From Rubrivivax sp. (lineage in GTDB: Bacteria > Pseudomonadota > Gammaproteobacteria > Burkholderiales > Burkholderiaceae_C): a DNA stretch of 64,000 nt. Positions within the stretch are counted from its first letter, which is position 1; every line of letters begins with the position of its first letter. Below the pieces are notes generated by a model. That model was given only the letters and a program-made list of their open reading frames with translations, was not told where the DNA came from and did not search any database. The translations under genes were made by a program, and so were the position numbers. Of the stretch, positions 35,760-47,807 are shown in pieces. Location: the NCBI GenBank assembly GCA_027489455.1, contig JAIXZR010000215.1, forward strand, positions 9,740 through 73,739, written 5' to 3'.

Positions 35760-36041
35760 TCACCAGGCCGGCTTGTCGCCCGCGTCGGGCTGTGTCTGGC
35801 CGGTCGGCGAGCCAGCCACGCTGGCGGGCTTGCTCAGGACCAGTTCGACGCCGAGGATGCCCAGCAGTTTCAGGAGCCTGCCCACGCCGACGGTTTCCGC
35901 GTTGCGCTCCAGGGTGGAGTAGGTTTGCTGGGTGACGCCCAGGCGCAAAGCGACTTCGCTCTGGGTCAGGCCCGACTCCTTGCGGAAGGCTTGCAGCAGT
36001 AGGGTCAGCTGCTCGGCCGTGCGCAGGGGGTAGTCGCTCAT
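35760..36041 (-). CDS. hipB: HipB-like XRE HTH antitoxin
   Basis: RKESGLTQSEVALRLGVTQQTYSTLE HTH, directly upstream of hipA. Confidence 0.9.
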   Translation of the reverse strand: MSDYPLRTAEQLTLLLQAFRKESGLTQSEVALRLGVTQQTYSTLERNAETVGVGRLLKLLGILGVELVLSKPASVAGSPTGQTQPDAGDKPAW

Positions 36042-36111
36042 ACAGCCTCCAGGATGTGAATGCGATTAACAGATCATAGACTGTTTCGCATCTTCACAGT
36101 CTACAGACTGT
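36042..36111. promoter_or_regulatory. Three putative HipB operators ACAG-N8-CTGT at 27-bp period
   Basis: ACAGcctccaggATGT (36042), ACAGatcatagaCTGT (36069), ACAGtctacagaCTGT (36096). Confidence 0.75.
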
Positions 36112-36357
36112 ATGAGAGAAGGTCGGCGGGTCTGGGCGTTTGGCGCTGCGCCGCGGCGCCCTGCTCGCCACGAAGGCGCCGTCCGCCATCCGCCAAATGC
36201 GAGCGCCAGCGAGTTCAGTCAACAGCACGAGCGGCCGCCGCGCTGCAGCAGCGATCTATCGAGACAGGCGCAGACCTTGCGTGAGCGCATTTGCCGTGGC
36301 TGATCCGGCGTCGATGACGGGTGCGTCAGGCCTCCCACAAACGGCAGGCAACGCGAA

Positions 36358-36566
36358 CGGTGAAGCCCGGCATGCCCAGCACGCCCAGGGGGCACGAGAC
36401 CGTGCCGCCGACCATCACATCGCCGATGGCCCCGGGCTTCGGCACCGGATCGTTCTCAAGGGGAGTCTTCTGCCGTCGGCGCGCCGCGAGGCCTCGCGTT
36501 CAGGACGATGCGGCGACTGAAGGTGGTGTTCTGCGGACCGCAAAGACCCCGTATTTGCTGGATCAT
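36358..36566 (-). pseudogene. Remnant of NADP-dependent oxidoreductase (CurA/YncB family)
   Basis: Hand translation: RRIVLNARPRGAPTAED, frameshift, LENDPVPKPG, IGDVMVGGTVS, LGVLGMPGFT; these are non-adjacent blocks of the CurA N-terminus. Confidence 0.8.
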
Positions 36567-38827
36567 CCCGCCTTCAGCGCTGCCAGCACATCGGCGGGGC
36601 GCATCGGCAGGTGGCGCAGGCGCACGCCTGCGGCAGCGAAGATCGCGTTGCCGATGGCGGGGCCGACGACAGTGGTGGCCGGCTCGCCCAGGCCGTTGGG
36701 CGGCGCCGTGCTGGCGATGAACTCGATGTCCATGGGTGGCACGTCGCGCATGCGCAGCGGCGTGTAGGTGTTGAGGTTGGTGTCGCGCACCTGGCCGTTC
36801 ACGAACTCGGTGCCTTCGAACAAGGCCATGCTCAGGCCCCACAGCGACGCGCCTTCCACCTGCGCCAGCGCGCCGTCCGGGTGCACGATGGTGCCGGCAT
36901 CGACGACCACGGTGAGCTTCTCGACCTTCACGACCCCGCTGCTGCGGTTCACGCGCACGCGGGCCACGCAGGCGCACCAGGTGGGCATGGCACGTTCCTG
37001 GCCGAAGGTGGTGGCGATGCCGAGCCCGGTGTCTGCCGGCATCTTGCTGCCCCAGCCCGCCTTGTCTGCGGCGCGCTGCAGAACCTGCGCCTGGCGTACG
37101 GCACCACCGACGCCGTTCTTTCCGCTGCCACCCAGTAGTCGAAGCCGAAAGGCCAGCGGGTCCACGCCAGCAGCACGGGCTGCCTCGTCCATGAACGACT
37201 CCAGCGCCCAGTTGGTCCACCCCGGCCCCACCGAGCGCAGCCAGCCGGGGCGGAAGCTGCTGTTGGCCAGGTCGTTCGACACGGCACGTACGCGCTGCGC
37301 GCCGACCGAGTACCAATGGTCGGCGCCCGAGATCGCAAACGGGTCGTACGGCTCGCGGTTCTGGCCCTTGGGCATGAAGGCAGGAAACATCACCTGCGTG
37401 GGCCAGCCTGCGCTGGCGTGGTGCTGCATGCCGGTGACCTGGCCGTTGGTGCCAAAGGCCATGCGCAGGCGCTGCACTGATGGCGAGCGGGGTGAGTCGA
37501 AGCGCACGTCGTCGGCGCGCGTCCACACCAGTTTCACCGGCCGGCCCAGGGCCTTGGCGGCCAGCGCAGCCGGCACGGCGTAGTCGCCATTCAGGCGCCG
37601 GCCGAAGCCACCGCCGATGAGGTAAGTGCGCATCACCACCTGCGCTTCGGGCACGGCCAGTGCCGTGGCCAGCGTAGGCAGGATCAGCGACTGCCACTGG
37701 TTGCCGGTGTGGATCTCCCAGCGGCCGTCCTTCTGGAACGCGAGGGCGTTCAGCGGCTCGAGCTGGAAGTGCAGCACCGTGGCCGTGGTGTAGTCGCGTT
37801 CCAGGGTGGATTTGGCGGCGGTGAATGCGGAGTCGACGCCCGCATCCTCGACCACGAGCGAGCCGCCCGTCATGTCGGTGATCAGCTTCAGCCCACGCGC
37901 CTGGATGTCGGCTTCGGACACCGTGGCCGCAGGGCTGCTCGCCCAGGTGACCTTCACCAGATCGGCCGCGCGACTGGCCGCGACGAAGGAATCCGCACAC
38001 ACCACCACCCAGCCCGGCACGGTGCCTGAAGGGTCGTCGAGGACCAAGCTCTTCAGATAGCCCGGAATGCCCAGCGCCGCGCTGTCGTCGATGGCGGTCA
38101 CCCTGCAGCCGTTGCGCGTGGGCGGCAGCTTGGGGCGGGCGTAGGCCATGCCGGGCACCTGCGCATCCAGGCCGTAGCGCGCGGCGCCCGTGGTCTTGGC
38201 GGGGATGTCGATGGCCGAAGCGGGCAGGCCGATCAGCCGCCGCTCGGCTGCTGGCTTGATGGGCATGGCCTTCAGTTCATCGGCCGTGTAGCTGCGGGCG
38301 AGCTGGCCGCGCCGCACGATGTCGGCATAGCCGATCGACTTGCCGCCGCCGCTGACGATGCCATTGCGTGCCGTGCAACCAGCCTTGCCGACGCGCATCA
38401 ACTTCGCGCCTTCTTCGATCAAGGCCAAGCGCCCCGCGGCGCCTGCCTGACTGAGGTACGGAAAGCTCTGCCACACCGACCAGCTGCCGCCGGTCACCAT
38501 CGTTCCCCACTGGGGGTCGGTGTCCACATGCCGCAGCCGCACCGACGGCCAGTCGACTTCCAGTTCGTCGGCGACGATGCGCGCCAGTGCGGTGCCCACG
38601 TGCTGGCCCATCTCGGCGCGGATGATGTTGACGGTGACGATGCCTTCGCGGTCGATCTCGTACCAGATCGTCGGCTCGAAGGGCGTCGCCGTGCCAGCGC
38701 CCGCAGCGGTGTCTGCTGCCAGGCCCGGCTGCGGCAAGGTGAGGGCCATTGCAAAGCCGGCACGGGTGGCGCTGATGAGGAAGCCGCGTCGCGTCGATGC
38801 CAGCTTGGCTTCGCCGATGTCATGCAT
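36563..38827 (-). CDS. Molybdopterin oxidoreductase large subunit (IorB / aldehyde dehydrogenase-like), Tat-exported
   Basis: STRRGFL Tat motif; [25 protein letters not shown] motifs. Confidence 0.92.
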   Translation of the reverse strand: MHDIGEAKLASTRRGFLISATRAGFAMALTLPQPGLAADTAAGAGTATPFEPTIWYEIDREGIVTVNIIRAEMGQHVGTALARIVADELEVDWPSVRLRHVDTDPQWGTMVTGGSWSVWQSFPYLSQAGAAGRLALIEEGAKLMRVGKAGCTARNGIVSGGGKSIGYADIVRRGQLARSYTADELKAMPIKPAAERRLIGLPASAIDIPAKTTGAARYGLDAQVPGMAYARPKLPPTRNGCRVTAIDDSAALGIPGYLKSLVLDDPSGTVPGWVVVCADSFVAASRAADLVKVTWASSPAATVSEADIQARGLKLITDMTGGSLVVEDAGVDSAFTAAKSTLERDYTTATVLHFQLEPLNALAFQKDGRWEIHTGNQWQSLILPTLATALAVPEAQVVMRTYLIGGGFGRRLNGDYAVPAALAAKALGRPVKLVWTRADDVRFDSPRSPSVQRLRMAFGTNGQVTGMQHHASAGWPTQVMFPAFMPKGQNREPYDPFAISGADHWYSVGAQRVRAVSNDLANSSFRPGWLRSVGPGWTNWALESFMDEAARAAGVDPLAFRLRLLGGSGKNGVGGAVRQAQVLQRAADKAGWGSKMPADTGLGIATTFGQERAMPTWCACVARVRVNRSSGVVKVEKLTVVVDAGTIVHPDGALAQVEGASLWGLSMALFEGTEFVNGQVRDTNLNTYTPLRMRDVPPMDIEFIASTAPPNGLGEPATTVVGPAIGNAIFAAAGVRLRHLPMRPADVLAALKAG

Positions 38828-39305
38828 GGGATGCCACTCCCCGCACTTCAGCAGCCGCGATCTTGATGGCCTGGCGGATGCGCACATAGGCCATGCAACG
38901 GCACAGGTTGCCGTTCATCACCGAGTCGATGTCATCGTCGGTCGGGTTTGGAAAGCGCCGGATCAGGGCTGCCGCCTGCATGATCTGGCCCGACTGGCAA
39001 TAGCCGCACTGCGGGGCCTGCGTCTGCACCCAGGCCTTCTGCAGCGGGTGCTGGCCGTCGGTGGACAGACATTCGATCGTGGTCACCGGTGCGCCAGCCG
39101 CCGCGCTGATCGGCGTGATGCAGGACCGCACCGCACGTCGCCCCAGGTGCACGGTGCAGGCACCGCACAGGCCGATGCCACATCCGAACTTGGTACCGGT
39201 CAGACCCGCCATATCGCGGATGACCCACAGCAGGGGCGTGTCCGGGCTGGCCGTCACGCTCAAGGCCTTGCCGTTGAGCTGCAATATCGTCGTGGTGGGC
39301 GTCAT
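38820..39305 (-). CDS. (2Fe-2S)-binding small subunit (IorA-like)
   Basis: [31 protein letters not shown]. Confidence 0.95.
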   Translation of the reverse strand: MTPTTTILQLNGKALSVTASPDTPLLWVIRDMAGLTGTKFGCGIGLCGACTVHLGRRAVRSCITPISAAAGAPVTTIECLSTDGQHPLQKAWVQTQAPQCGYCQSGQIMQAAALIRRFPNPTDDDIDSVMNGNLCRCMAYVRIRQAIKIAAAEVRGVASHA

Positions 39306-40603
39306 GGTGTCACAGCAGTCGGTGGGCGGCGGGCCGCAATGGCAGCGGGAAGGTTGACCCACGCTGGCTGGTCGCTGCGCGTGCGCCGAAGGTAGGCAGC
39401 CAGCAGCGCGATGTCGTTGTCGGTCAGCGCTGCTGCGAAGCCGGGCATGTAAGGGCCGGGCATGCCTGCACCGCCAACGCCGTGCATCAAGGTCTGGATG
39501 AAGTTGGCCGGGTCGTCGGCCGTGATGGACGTGCTCAGCGCCAGACTGCCCTGAATGGTCGGCGGCTTGGCGGCAGGGCTGTAGTGACAGGAAGCGCAGG
39601 CCGCCAGGTAGAGATGGGCGCCGGGCTCGGTCTCGCGGCCCGCATCGACCAGCCGGCGGGAAGAGGCCAGGGCCAAGGCCGCGGCTGCAGCAGGCGCGCG
39701 TGCCGCCGAGCCGTTGCCATCGGCGAAATAGGTCGCCAGGGCTTGCAGGTCGGCATCGGGCAACTTCGCCAGCCCGTTGTGCACGACGTCTGCCATCGCG
39801 CCCGCCGCCACGCCGTGGGCTTCGGATTCACCGGTGCGCAGGTAGTCGTACAAGTCCTGCTGCGTCCACGGCATGGGCGCTGGGTTGGCCGCGTTCAGCG
39901 GCGGTGCCAGCCAGCCATCGAAGGGTGCGCCGGCGTAGGCAGCGTTGCGCTTTTCGGCACCGAGACGGTTGCGCGGCGTGTGGCAGGCCGCACAGTGGGC
40001 GATGCCTTCGGCCAGATAGGCCCCGCGGTTCCACGCTTCGCTCTTGCCACTGACGGCCTGGTAGACGCCGCGATCGAAGAACAGCAGCTTCCAGCCAGCC
40101 TGCAAGGCCCGGACGTTGAACGGGAACGGGATCGTGTTCGCGCGGTCCGGTGCGACGACGGCAGGGCGCGTCATGAAGAACGCGTAGAGCGCCTTCACGT
40201 CGCCGTCGGTCAGCTTGGTGAAGTGCGTGTAGGGGAAGGCCGGCAGCAGGTGCGAGCCTTCACGGTCCACGCCTTCGCGCATCGCGCGGGTAAAGGCTTC
40301 TTCCGACCAGTTGCCGATGCCTGTCTGCGGGTCTGGCGTGATGTTGGTGCTGTAGGCCAGACCGAAGCCGGTTTCCAGGCCCAGGCCGCCGCCGTAGGCC
40401 GGCCCGCCCGCGACCGTATGGCAGGCCGCGCAATTGCCGGCTGCGGCGAGTTGCCCGCCGAGTGCCACCAGCGCTGGCGCAAAACTGTCGGCCGCAGGCG
40501 GCGATACCGGCGCCACTGCGGGGCGCCAGCTGATGCCGACGCAGCCTACGAGCAGCACCACGGCACCGCCGACCAAGATGCGTTGGATCAGGTTCCTGCC
40601 CAC
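39302..40603 (-). CDS. Membrane-anchored triheme cytochrome c subunit
   Basis: CAACH, CAACH, CASCH; [13 protein letters not shown]; N-terminal hydrophobic anchor. Confidence 0.93.
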   Translation of the reverse strand: MGRNLIQRILVGGAVVLLVGCVGISWRPAVAPVSPPAADSFAPALVALGGQLAAAGNCAACHTVAGGPAYGGGLGLETGFGLAYSTNITPDPQTGIGNWSEEAFTRAMREGVDREGSHLLPAFPYTHFTKLTDGDVKALYAFFMTRPAVVAPDRANTIPFPFNVRALQAGWKLLFFDRGVYQAVSGKSEAWNRGAYLAEGIAHCAACHTPRNRLGAEKRNAAYAGAPFDGWLAPPLNAANPAPMPWTQQDLYDYLRTGESEAHGVAAGAMADVVHNGLAKLPDADLQALATYFADGNGSAARAPAAAAALALASSRRLVDAGRETEPGAHLYLAACASCHYSPAAKPPTIQGSLALSTSITADDPANFIQTLMHGVGGAGMPGPYMPGFAAALTDNDIALLAAYLRRTRSDQPAWVNLPAAIAARRPPTAVTP

Positions 40604-40604
40604 G

Positions 40605-42176
40605 CTACTTCAGCGCCTTCACCAGCGCCTCGAATTGCCCATGGAGCGACTTGTCATGTCGCGTCACCGGTGGAATGGGCTTCGCAATTTCCAGCAGCTG
40701 GTACACCGCCATCTGCGCTGCCCGCACCGAGAATTCCACCGTGAAGACCGTGTCCAGCGGGATCTCGACGAACTGGCTGATGAAGGCGAAATTCGCCGTG
40801 AAGGCGGGCACAGGCAAGGGCCGGTCGCCCGGTGCGCGCGGCATGAACATGCTGGTGATGTAGGGCATGCGGCAGGGGATGCAGTTGGCCGTGGCCACCG
40901 TCTCCAGGTCGAAACGCAAGTGGCCGCAGAGCTCCTGCAGCAGTTCCGCGCCGGTGCAATCGGCCATGGCCTTCGCCACGAAGTTGCCGATGCGGTCCGG
41001 GAACAGGCCGTAGCCCCAGAACACCTGCACGTCGCCCGGCTGGTTGGCGAAATGCGGCTGGTGCGCCAGCACGATCGACATCAACCAGTTCGAATCCTTG
41101 AACGTCACCAGGCCGCCGGTGCCGGCCTCGTTGCCGCTGAAGCGCTGCATCTGGTCGAAGAAAGCGGCGTCCTTCAGCGTGACGGTGAACGACGCCCAGT
41201 CCGACTGCGCAACGCAACGGTTGAACACTTCAGGCCTGCCGAATGAAGGTCTGCCTGCAGCGAGCTTTTCCCACAGCGTCCAACTGCCGTTGTGCGCCTT
41301 GCGCAGTTTGGGCGGTGCTTCGGTCATGGTGCCGAGGCTGGAAGCGTCGGTCATGGAGCCGTTCTGCACGAAGACCAGATCGCCGCTGTCCAACTGCTTC
41401 GTTTCTGCTTGACCCTTCAAGGTCCAATGCAGCGCGATGACCTCGAAACAGCCCGACTCGTCCCTGGCGTCGATGTCGGTCACGGTGCAGTCGTTGACCA
41501 GCTGAACCCCTTGCCTTTCAAGCCAGCGCTGCAGTGGCACGACCAACGAGTCGTACTGGTTCAGCACCGTGCGCTTGACGCCCGCCAGCGTTTCGATGCG
41601 CGAGAACTCCAGCATGAAACGGTGCAGGTAGCGCCGGAACTCGACCGCGCTGTGCCAGGGCTGGAACGCGAAGGTGGTGACCCACATGAACCAGAACTCG
41701 GTCTGGAAGAAGGCTGGCGACAGGTGGTCGGTGATGCAACTCGCGCCCAGCGTGGATTCATCGGCGTTGGCGAGCTTGAGCAGTTCCACCCGGTCGTGCA
41801 TCGAGAACCCCATCGACGCGACGGGTACCTTGGCCCGCCGGCTGTCGACCAACCTCGCCATCGCGTTGGAGACGTGCTTCTCGTTGAACTCCAGTGTTTC
41901 GTCGAACACACTGCGGCCGGGCTGGGTGATTGACGGGATCGACTTGAAAAGGTCCCAAGTGCACTCGTAGTTGTCGGTGGTCAGCATCCGACCGCCCCGC
42001 ATCGAGTAGCCCCGCACCGCATCGCCTGCGCCATCCAGGCTGCCGCCCATCACCTGGCCGGCTTCAAGAATCGAGATGTTCGCCCCGAGCATGCCGCCAT
42101 CGCGGATCAGAAAGGCGGCACCGGCAAGCGAACCGATGCCCCCGCCGACGAAGTAGGCCTTGCGTGTCGAAGTCAT
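40605..42176 (-). CDS. Oleate hydratase (MCRA family)
   Basis: VGGGIGSLAGAAFLIRDG, GGSLDG, RGGRML, NQYDSL, MPYITS, FTVEFSVRAA. Confidence 0.93.
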   Translation of the reverse strand: MTSTRKAYFVGGGIGSLAGAAFLIRDGGMLGANISILEAGQVMGGSLDGAGDAVRGYSMRGGRMLTTDNYECTWDLFKSIPSITQPGRSVFDETLEFNEKHVSNAMARLVDSRRAKVPVASMGFSMHDRVELLKLANADESTLGASCITDHLSPAFFQTEFWFMWVTTFAFQPWHSAVEFRRYLHRFMLEFSRIETLAGVKRTVLNQYDSLVVPLQRWLERQGVQLVNDCTVTDIDARDESGCFEVIALHWTLKGQAETKQLDSGDLVFVQNGSMTDASSLGTMTEAPPKLRKAHNGSWTLWEKLAAGRPSFGRPEVFNRCVAQSDWASFTVTLKDAAFFDQMQRFSGNEAGTGGLVTFKDSNWLMSIVLAHQPHFANQPGDVQVFWGYGLFPDRIGNFVAKAMADCTGAELLQELCGHLRFDLETVATANCIPCRMPYITSMFMPRAPGDRPLPVPAFTANFAFISQFVEIPLDTVFTVEFSVRAAQMAVYQLLEIAKPIPPVTRHDKSLHGQFEALVKALK

Positions 42177-42309
42177 GGGTGCTGCTTCCTGGTGAGCGCT
42201 GCGCTCGATGCGGGCGACTCGCGACACCGTGTGTGGCGGACGTGAGCCGGCGTTTTCAATCACCCGCCCCGCCGGCAACGAACCCGGGCAGCAGTGGACT
42301 GAAGAGGCG

Positions 42310-42470
42310 AAGTTAGGCGCATCTCCCATCGGGGTCGGTGCGGTAAGCAACGCACAGACCCGCCGTCGGCCCAGACGACGGTTGCCGCTGCCAAAGCATC
42401 TGTGCCGCAGCGCATAGAGCAGCTCAGGGTGCGCCATCGAACAGACCCGACGAACCGGGGCGCGCAGGCT
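42310..42470. promoter_or_regulatory. Divergent promoters with GTnCG-N4-CGnAC-like boxes (42338-42351, 42402-42415, 42429-42442)
   Basis: Outer boxes each lie 22 nt from a -10-like hexamer: TAACTT on minus (42310-42315), CAGGCT on plus (42465-42470). Confidence 0.65.
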
Positions 42471-42580
42471 GTGCTGTCCAGACAAGCCAGGCCTTGCCGG
42501 CTGCGCATGTCGTTCGCAGCCCGCAGGGCCGGCGGCCCGATCCGCGTGCCTCCATCTGATCCACCGAAGGACCCCTCACC

Positions 42581-43963
42581 ATGGCCTACCAAAGCGTCAA
42601 CCCCAACGACGGCAAGCTGCTCAAGAGCTTCGAGCACATGAGCGCTGCCCAGCTCGAACGGGCGCTCGCGCAGGCGCAGACCTGCTTCGAGACCTGGAGG
42701 CACAAGAGTTACGCCGAGCGGGCCGTCATCGTCAACAAGGCCGCTGCCTTGCTGCACGCCCATATCGATGACTTCGCCAGGCTGGAAACGGTGGAGATGG
42801 GCAAGCGGATCGATGAGGCGCGCGGCGAAGTCAGGTTCAGCGGCGACATCCTGGCCTACTACGCGAAGCACGCCGAGTCCTTCCTGGCACCCGTGAAGCT
42901 GCACCCAAAGACCGGGAAGGCGCACGTGGAGAGTTCGCCCACTGGCGTGCTGTTCTGCGTCGAGCCCTGGAACTTCCCGTACTACCAGCTCGCACGTGTC
43001 GCTGGCGCGCAGTTGATGGCCGGCAACGTGCTGGTGGTCAAGCACGCGGGCTGCGTGCCGCAGTGCGCCATCGCGTTCGAGGGCCTGTTGCGCGATGCCG
43101 GGGCACCGGCCGGTACCTACACCAACCTGCTCATCTCCTACGAACAGTCCGACGGCGTCATCGACGACCCGCGCATCAAGGGCGTGGCCTTGACCGGTAG
43201 CGTCGCCGCCGGTCGCAGCGTGGCAGCCCGTGCCGGCCAGAACCTGAAGAAGTCCACGATGGAACTGGGCGGCAGCGACGCCTTCATCGTGCTGGACGAC
43301 GCCGACCTGGACAAGACCATCCCCTGGGCCGTCTGGGGCCGCATGTACAACGGCGGCCAGACCTGTTGCGCGGCCAAGCGGTTCATCGTGCTCGATTCGA
43401 TCGCCGACAGGTTCCTGGCCAGGTTCAAGACCGCGCTGGAAGCCCTGAAGCCAGGCGATCCGATGGACGAGAAGACCACGCAGGGGCCCTTGTCCACGGA
43501 AGCCGCTCTCGTGCAGCTGCTGGCGCAGGTCGACGCCGCAGTGAAGGGCGGCGCCAAGCTTCTGATGGGCGGCAAGCGCATCGCCCGACCGGGTTCATTC
43601 ATGCAGCCCACGATCCTCACGGACATCCAGCCGGGCAACCCGGCCTTCCGCGACGAGTTCTTCGGCCCGGTGGTCTCGTTCTACCGCGTGAAAAGCGAAG
43701 ACGAGGCCATCGCACTGGCCAACGATTCCGATTTCGGCCTGGGCGGCTCGGTGTGGACCCAGGACGAGGCCCGCGGCCAGCGCCTGGCCGGCCGCATCGA
43801 CACCGGGATGATGTTCGTCAACAACATCGACTGGGCCGACGCCGAGCTGCCTTTCGGCGGCATCAAGAACTCCGGCTACGGCCGTGAACTGGGCCACATG
43901 GGCATCCAGGAGTTCGTCAACAAGAAGCTCGTGCGCAGCGGGCACATCGCCGCGCCGGTCTGA
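42581..43963 (+). CDS. NAD(P)-dependent succinate-semialdehyde dehydrogenase family aldehyde dehydrogenase
   Basis: PWNFP, LTGS, ELGGSD, GQTCC, EFFGP, PFGGIKNSGYGRE. Confidence 0.93.
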   Translation: MAYQSVNPNDGKLLKSFEHMSAAQLERALAQAQTCFETWRHKSYAERAVIVNKAAALLHAHIDDFARLETVEMGKRIDEARGEVRFSGDILAYYAKHAESFLAPVKLHPKTGKAHVESSPTGVLFCVEPWNFPYYQLARVAGAQLMAGNVLVVKHAGCVPQCAIAFEGLLRDAGAPAGTYTNLLISYEQSDGVIDDPRIKGVALTGSVAAGRSVAARAGQNLKKSTMELGGSDAFIVLDDADLDKTIPWAVWGRMYNGGQTCCAAKRFIVLDSIADRFLARFKTALEALKPGDPMDEKTTQGPLSTEAALVQLLAQVDAAVKGGAKLLMGGKRIARPGSFMQPTILTDIQPGNPAFRDEFFGPVVSFYRVKSEDEAIALANDSDFGLGGSVWTQDEARGQRLAGRIDTGMMFVNNIDWADAELPFGGIKNSGYGRELGHMGIQEFVNKKLVRSGHIAAPV

Positions 43964-43979
43964 ACTTCCAGTCACCGCC

Positions 43980-45527
43980 ATGAACGCATCCGTCAGCCCA
44001 TCCATCGTCACCCCGTCACCGGTCGGGTTCATCAACGGCGGCTCCACGGGCGCAGGCCCTGAGCTTGAGATCGCCAAAGTGGCTGCCGTGAAGGGCAAGC
44101 TCGGGCTGGGACTGCTCGTGGCCTTGGTGGTCGGCTCGATCATCGGCAGTGGCATCTTCGGCTTGCCGCAGAACATGGCCGTGGGTGCCGGCGCTGGGGC
44201 CATCGTGATCGGCTGGGTCATCACCGGCGTGGGCATGCTGATGCTGGCCTTCACCTACCAGATGCTGGCCGTGCGCAAGCCCGGGCTCGACAACGGCGTC
44301 TACGCCTATGCCCGCGCCCTGTCGGGCGAATATGTCGGCTTCAACGCCGCCTGGGGCTACTGGGTCAGCGCCTGGATCGGCAACGTCGGCTACCTGGTGG
44401 CTGCCTTCGGCGCGCTGGGCTACTTCTACCCCGCCTTTGGCGAAGGCAATACCGGGGCGGCCATCGTTGGCGCGTCGGTGGTGGTGTGGGCGGTGCACTT
44501 CCTGGTGCTGCGGGGTATCCAGGGTGCTGCCGTGCTGAACGCGGTCGTCACGGCAGCCAAGCTCATCCCGCTGCTGCTGTTCATCGTGCTGGTGGCCATG
44601 GCCTTCCAGGTCAGCACCTTCGAGCTGAACTACTGGGGTGACCCGAAGCTCGGATCGGTGCTCGATCAGGTGCGCAGCACCATGCTGGTGACGGTCTGGG
44701 TGTTCATCGGCATCGAAGGGGCCAGTGTCTATTCGGCCCGTGCCGCGCGGCGCGAAGACGTCGGCCGGGCCACGGTCATCGGCTTTCTCATCTGCCTGGC
44801 CCTCTTGATGGGTGTGTCGCTGCTGTCCCTGGGCATCTTCACGCAGCCCGAGTTGGCGGCGCTGAAGAACCCGTCGATGGCGCCGGTGCTCGAAAAGGCG
44901 GTCGGCACCTGGGGTGCGGTGGCGATCTACGTGGGCCTGATCGTCTCGGTAGGTGGCGGCTTCCTGGCCTGGACGCTGCTGGCGGCTGAATCCCTGTTCA
45001 CGCCGGCCGGCGGCGGCGTGATGCCGGCCTGGCTGGCCCAGCAGAACGACAAGGCCGTGCCCGCGCATGCGCTGTGGCTCACCAACGGCATGGTGCAGCT
45101 CTTCCTGATCCTGACGTTGGTCTCCAAGGCTTCCTATCTGGCGCTGATCTCGTTGTCCACGGCGATGATCCTGATCCCCTATCTCTTCAGCGCGGTCTAC
45201 GGGCTGAAGCTGGCCTGGCAGGGCAGGGCACCCGCCCGTGCCACCGCCACTTCCGCCGCCGCCGCCGCAGAAACCCACCCCGCACGCGACATCGCCATCA
45301 CCGCGCTGGCGTCCGTCTATTGCGCCTGGCTGCTGTACGCCGCTGGCTTGAAGTACCTGCTGCTCAGCGCCCTGCTGTACGCCCCTGGCGCGGCGATCTA
45401 CCTGCTGGCCAAAAAGCAGCGTGGCGAGCGCGCGTTCACAGGACGCGAGCAGGTCGTGCTGGCGCTGCTGCTGCTGCTGGCGCTGGTCTCGGCCACGCTG
45501 CTGTGGTCGGGACGTCTGGGCCTGTGA
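43980..45527 (+). CDS. arcD: Arginine/ornithine antiporter
   Basis: [19 protein letters not shown], multiple TM helices, upstream of arcA. Confidence 0.9.
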   Translation: MNASVSPSIVTPSPVGFINGGSTGAGPELEIAKVAAVKGKLGLGLLVALVVGSIIGSGIFGLPQNMAVGAGAGAIVIGWVITGVGMLMLAFTYQMLAVRKPGLDNGVYAYARALSGEYVGFNAAWGYWVSAWIGNVGYLVAAFGALGYFYPAFGEGNTGAAIVGASVVVWAVHFLVLRGIQGAAVLNAVVTAAKLIPLLLFIVLVAMAFQVSTFELNYWGDPKLGSVLDQVRSTMLVTVWVFIGIEGASVYSARAARREDVGRATVIGFLICLALLMGVSLLSLGIFTQPELAALKNPSMAPVLEKAVGTWGAVAIYVGLIVSVGGGFLAWTLLAAESLFTPAGGGVMPAWLAQQNDKAVPAHALWLTNGMVQLFLILTLVSKASYLALISLSTAMILIPYLFSAVYGLKLAWQGRAPARATATSAAAAAETHPARDIAITALASVYCAWLLYAAGLKYLLLSALLYAPGAAIYLLAKKQRGERAFTGREQVVLALLLLLALVSATLLWSGRLGL

Positions 45528-45547
45528 ATCACAACGAAAGCCATGAC

Positions 45548-46789
45548 ATGAGCGATAACGCCAACCAGGGTCTGCACTCCGAAGTCGGGCGCCTGCGCAA
45601 GGTGATGGTCTGCCGCCCGGGCCTGGCGCAGAGGCGGCTGACGCCAGCCAACTGCCACGAGTTGCTCTTCGACGACGTGCTGTGGGTCAGCCAGGCCCGC
45701 AACGACCACGACGCCTTCACCAGCGCGCTGAAGGAACGCGACGTCGATGTGCTGGAGATGCACGACGTGCTCGCGCAAACCTTGGTCCTGCCTGCCGCGC
45801 GCAACTGGCTGCTCGACCACAAGCTGGGCCCGGACTACGTCGATGCCGAGACAGCCGACCAACTGCGGCCCTGGCTGGAGGGCCTGCCCACGGCCAGGCT
45901 GGCCGAGCACCTGATCGGCGGCGTGGCCCGCGCCGAAGTGCCGTTCGAGCCCGCTGGCCTGCTGGGCCGCTTCTCGGCGCCAGCCGACCTGCTGATGCCA
46001 CCCTTGCCCAACACGCTGTTCACCCGGGACAACAGTTGCTGGATCGGCGACGGCGTGGTGCTGTGCTCGATGTTCTGGCCCGCGCGCCGGCAGGAAACGC
46101 TGCTGATGACGGCGATCTACCGCTTTCATCCCATGTTTCACCCTCCGGCCGGTGCCGAGACCAAGATCTGGTGGGGCGACCCCGACCAGGACCATGGCGT
46201 GGCCTCACTCGAGGGCGGCGACGTCATGCCTCTGGGCCAGGGCGTGGTGCTCGTCGGCATGGGTGAGCGCAGTTCGCCGCAGGGCGTGGCCCAACTGGCG
46301 CGCAGCCTCTTTGCCGGTGGCGGTGCCACGCATGTGCTGGCCGCGCAGATCCCCAAATCACGCGGCGCCATGCACATGGACACCGTGTTCAGCTTCTGCG
46401 ACCGTGATCTGGCCACCCTCTTCCCCGAGGTGGTCGACGCGATCCGGGTGCACAGCCTGCGACCCGGCAAGAAGCCGGGCAGCCTGGACGTGCGCACCGA
46501 GACGAAGCCTTTCGTCGAGGTGGTGGCCGCCGCGCTGGGCCTGCCAAAGATCCGCACCGTGGCCACCGGCGGCGACGCCTACGAATCCGAGCGCGAGCAG
46601 TGGGACGACGGCAACAACCTGCTGTGCATCGCGCCCGGGGTGGTGATGGCGTATGACCGCAACGTCTACACCAACACCCGGCTGCGCAAGGCCGGCATCG
46701 AGGTCATCACCATGCCCAGCAGCGAACTCGGCCGTGGGCGTGGCGGCAGCCACTGCATGAGCTGCCCGATCGAGCGCGATGCGCTCTGA
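45548..46789 (+). CDS. arcA: Arginine deiminase
   Basis: [41 protein letters not shown]. Confidence 0.96.
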   Translation: MSDNANQGLHSEVGRLRKVMVCRPGLAQRRLTPANCHELLFDDVLWVSQARNDHDAFTSALKERDVDVLEMHDVLAQTLVLPAARNWLLDHKLGPDYVDAETADQLRPWLEGLPTARLAEHLIGGVARAEVPFEPAGLLGRFSAPADLLMPPLPNTLFTRDNSCWIGDGVVLCSMFWPARRQETLLMTAIYRFHPMFHPPAGAETKIWWGDPDQDHGVASLEGGDVMPLGQGVVLVGMGERSSPQGVAQLARSLFAGGGATHVLAAQIPKSRGAMHMDTVFSFCDRDLATLFPEVVDAIRVHSLRPGKKPGSLDVRTETKPFVEVVAAALGLPKIRTVATGGDAYESEREQWDDGNNLLCIAPGVVMAYDRNVYTNTRLRKAGIEVITMPSSELGRGRGGSHCMSCPIERDAL

Positions 46790-46801
46790 AGGAAGCAGGC
46801 C

Positions 46802-47800
<999 letters not shown>

Positions 47801-47807
47801 AAGCGCG

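Noticed and set aside
36112-36303. Small ORF ending DLSRQAQTLRERI, reminiscent of an MCP C-terminus
   Set aside because: Similarity too short to support by eye
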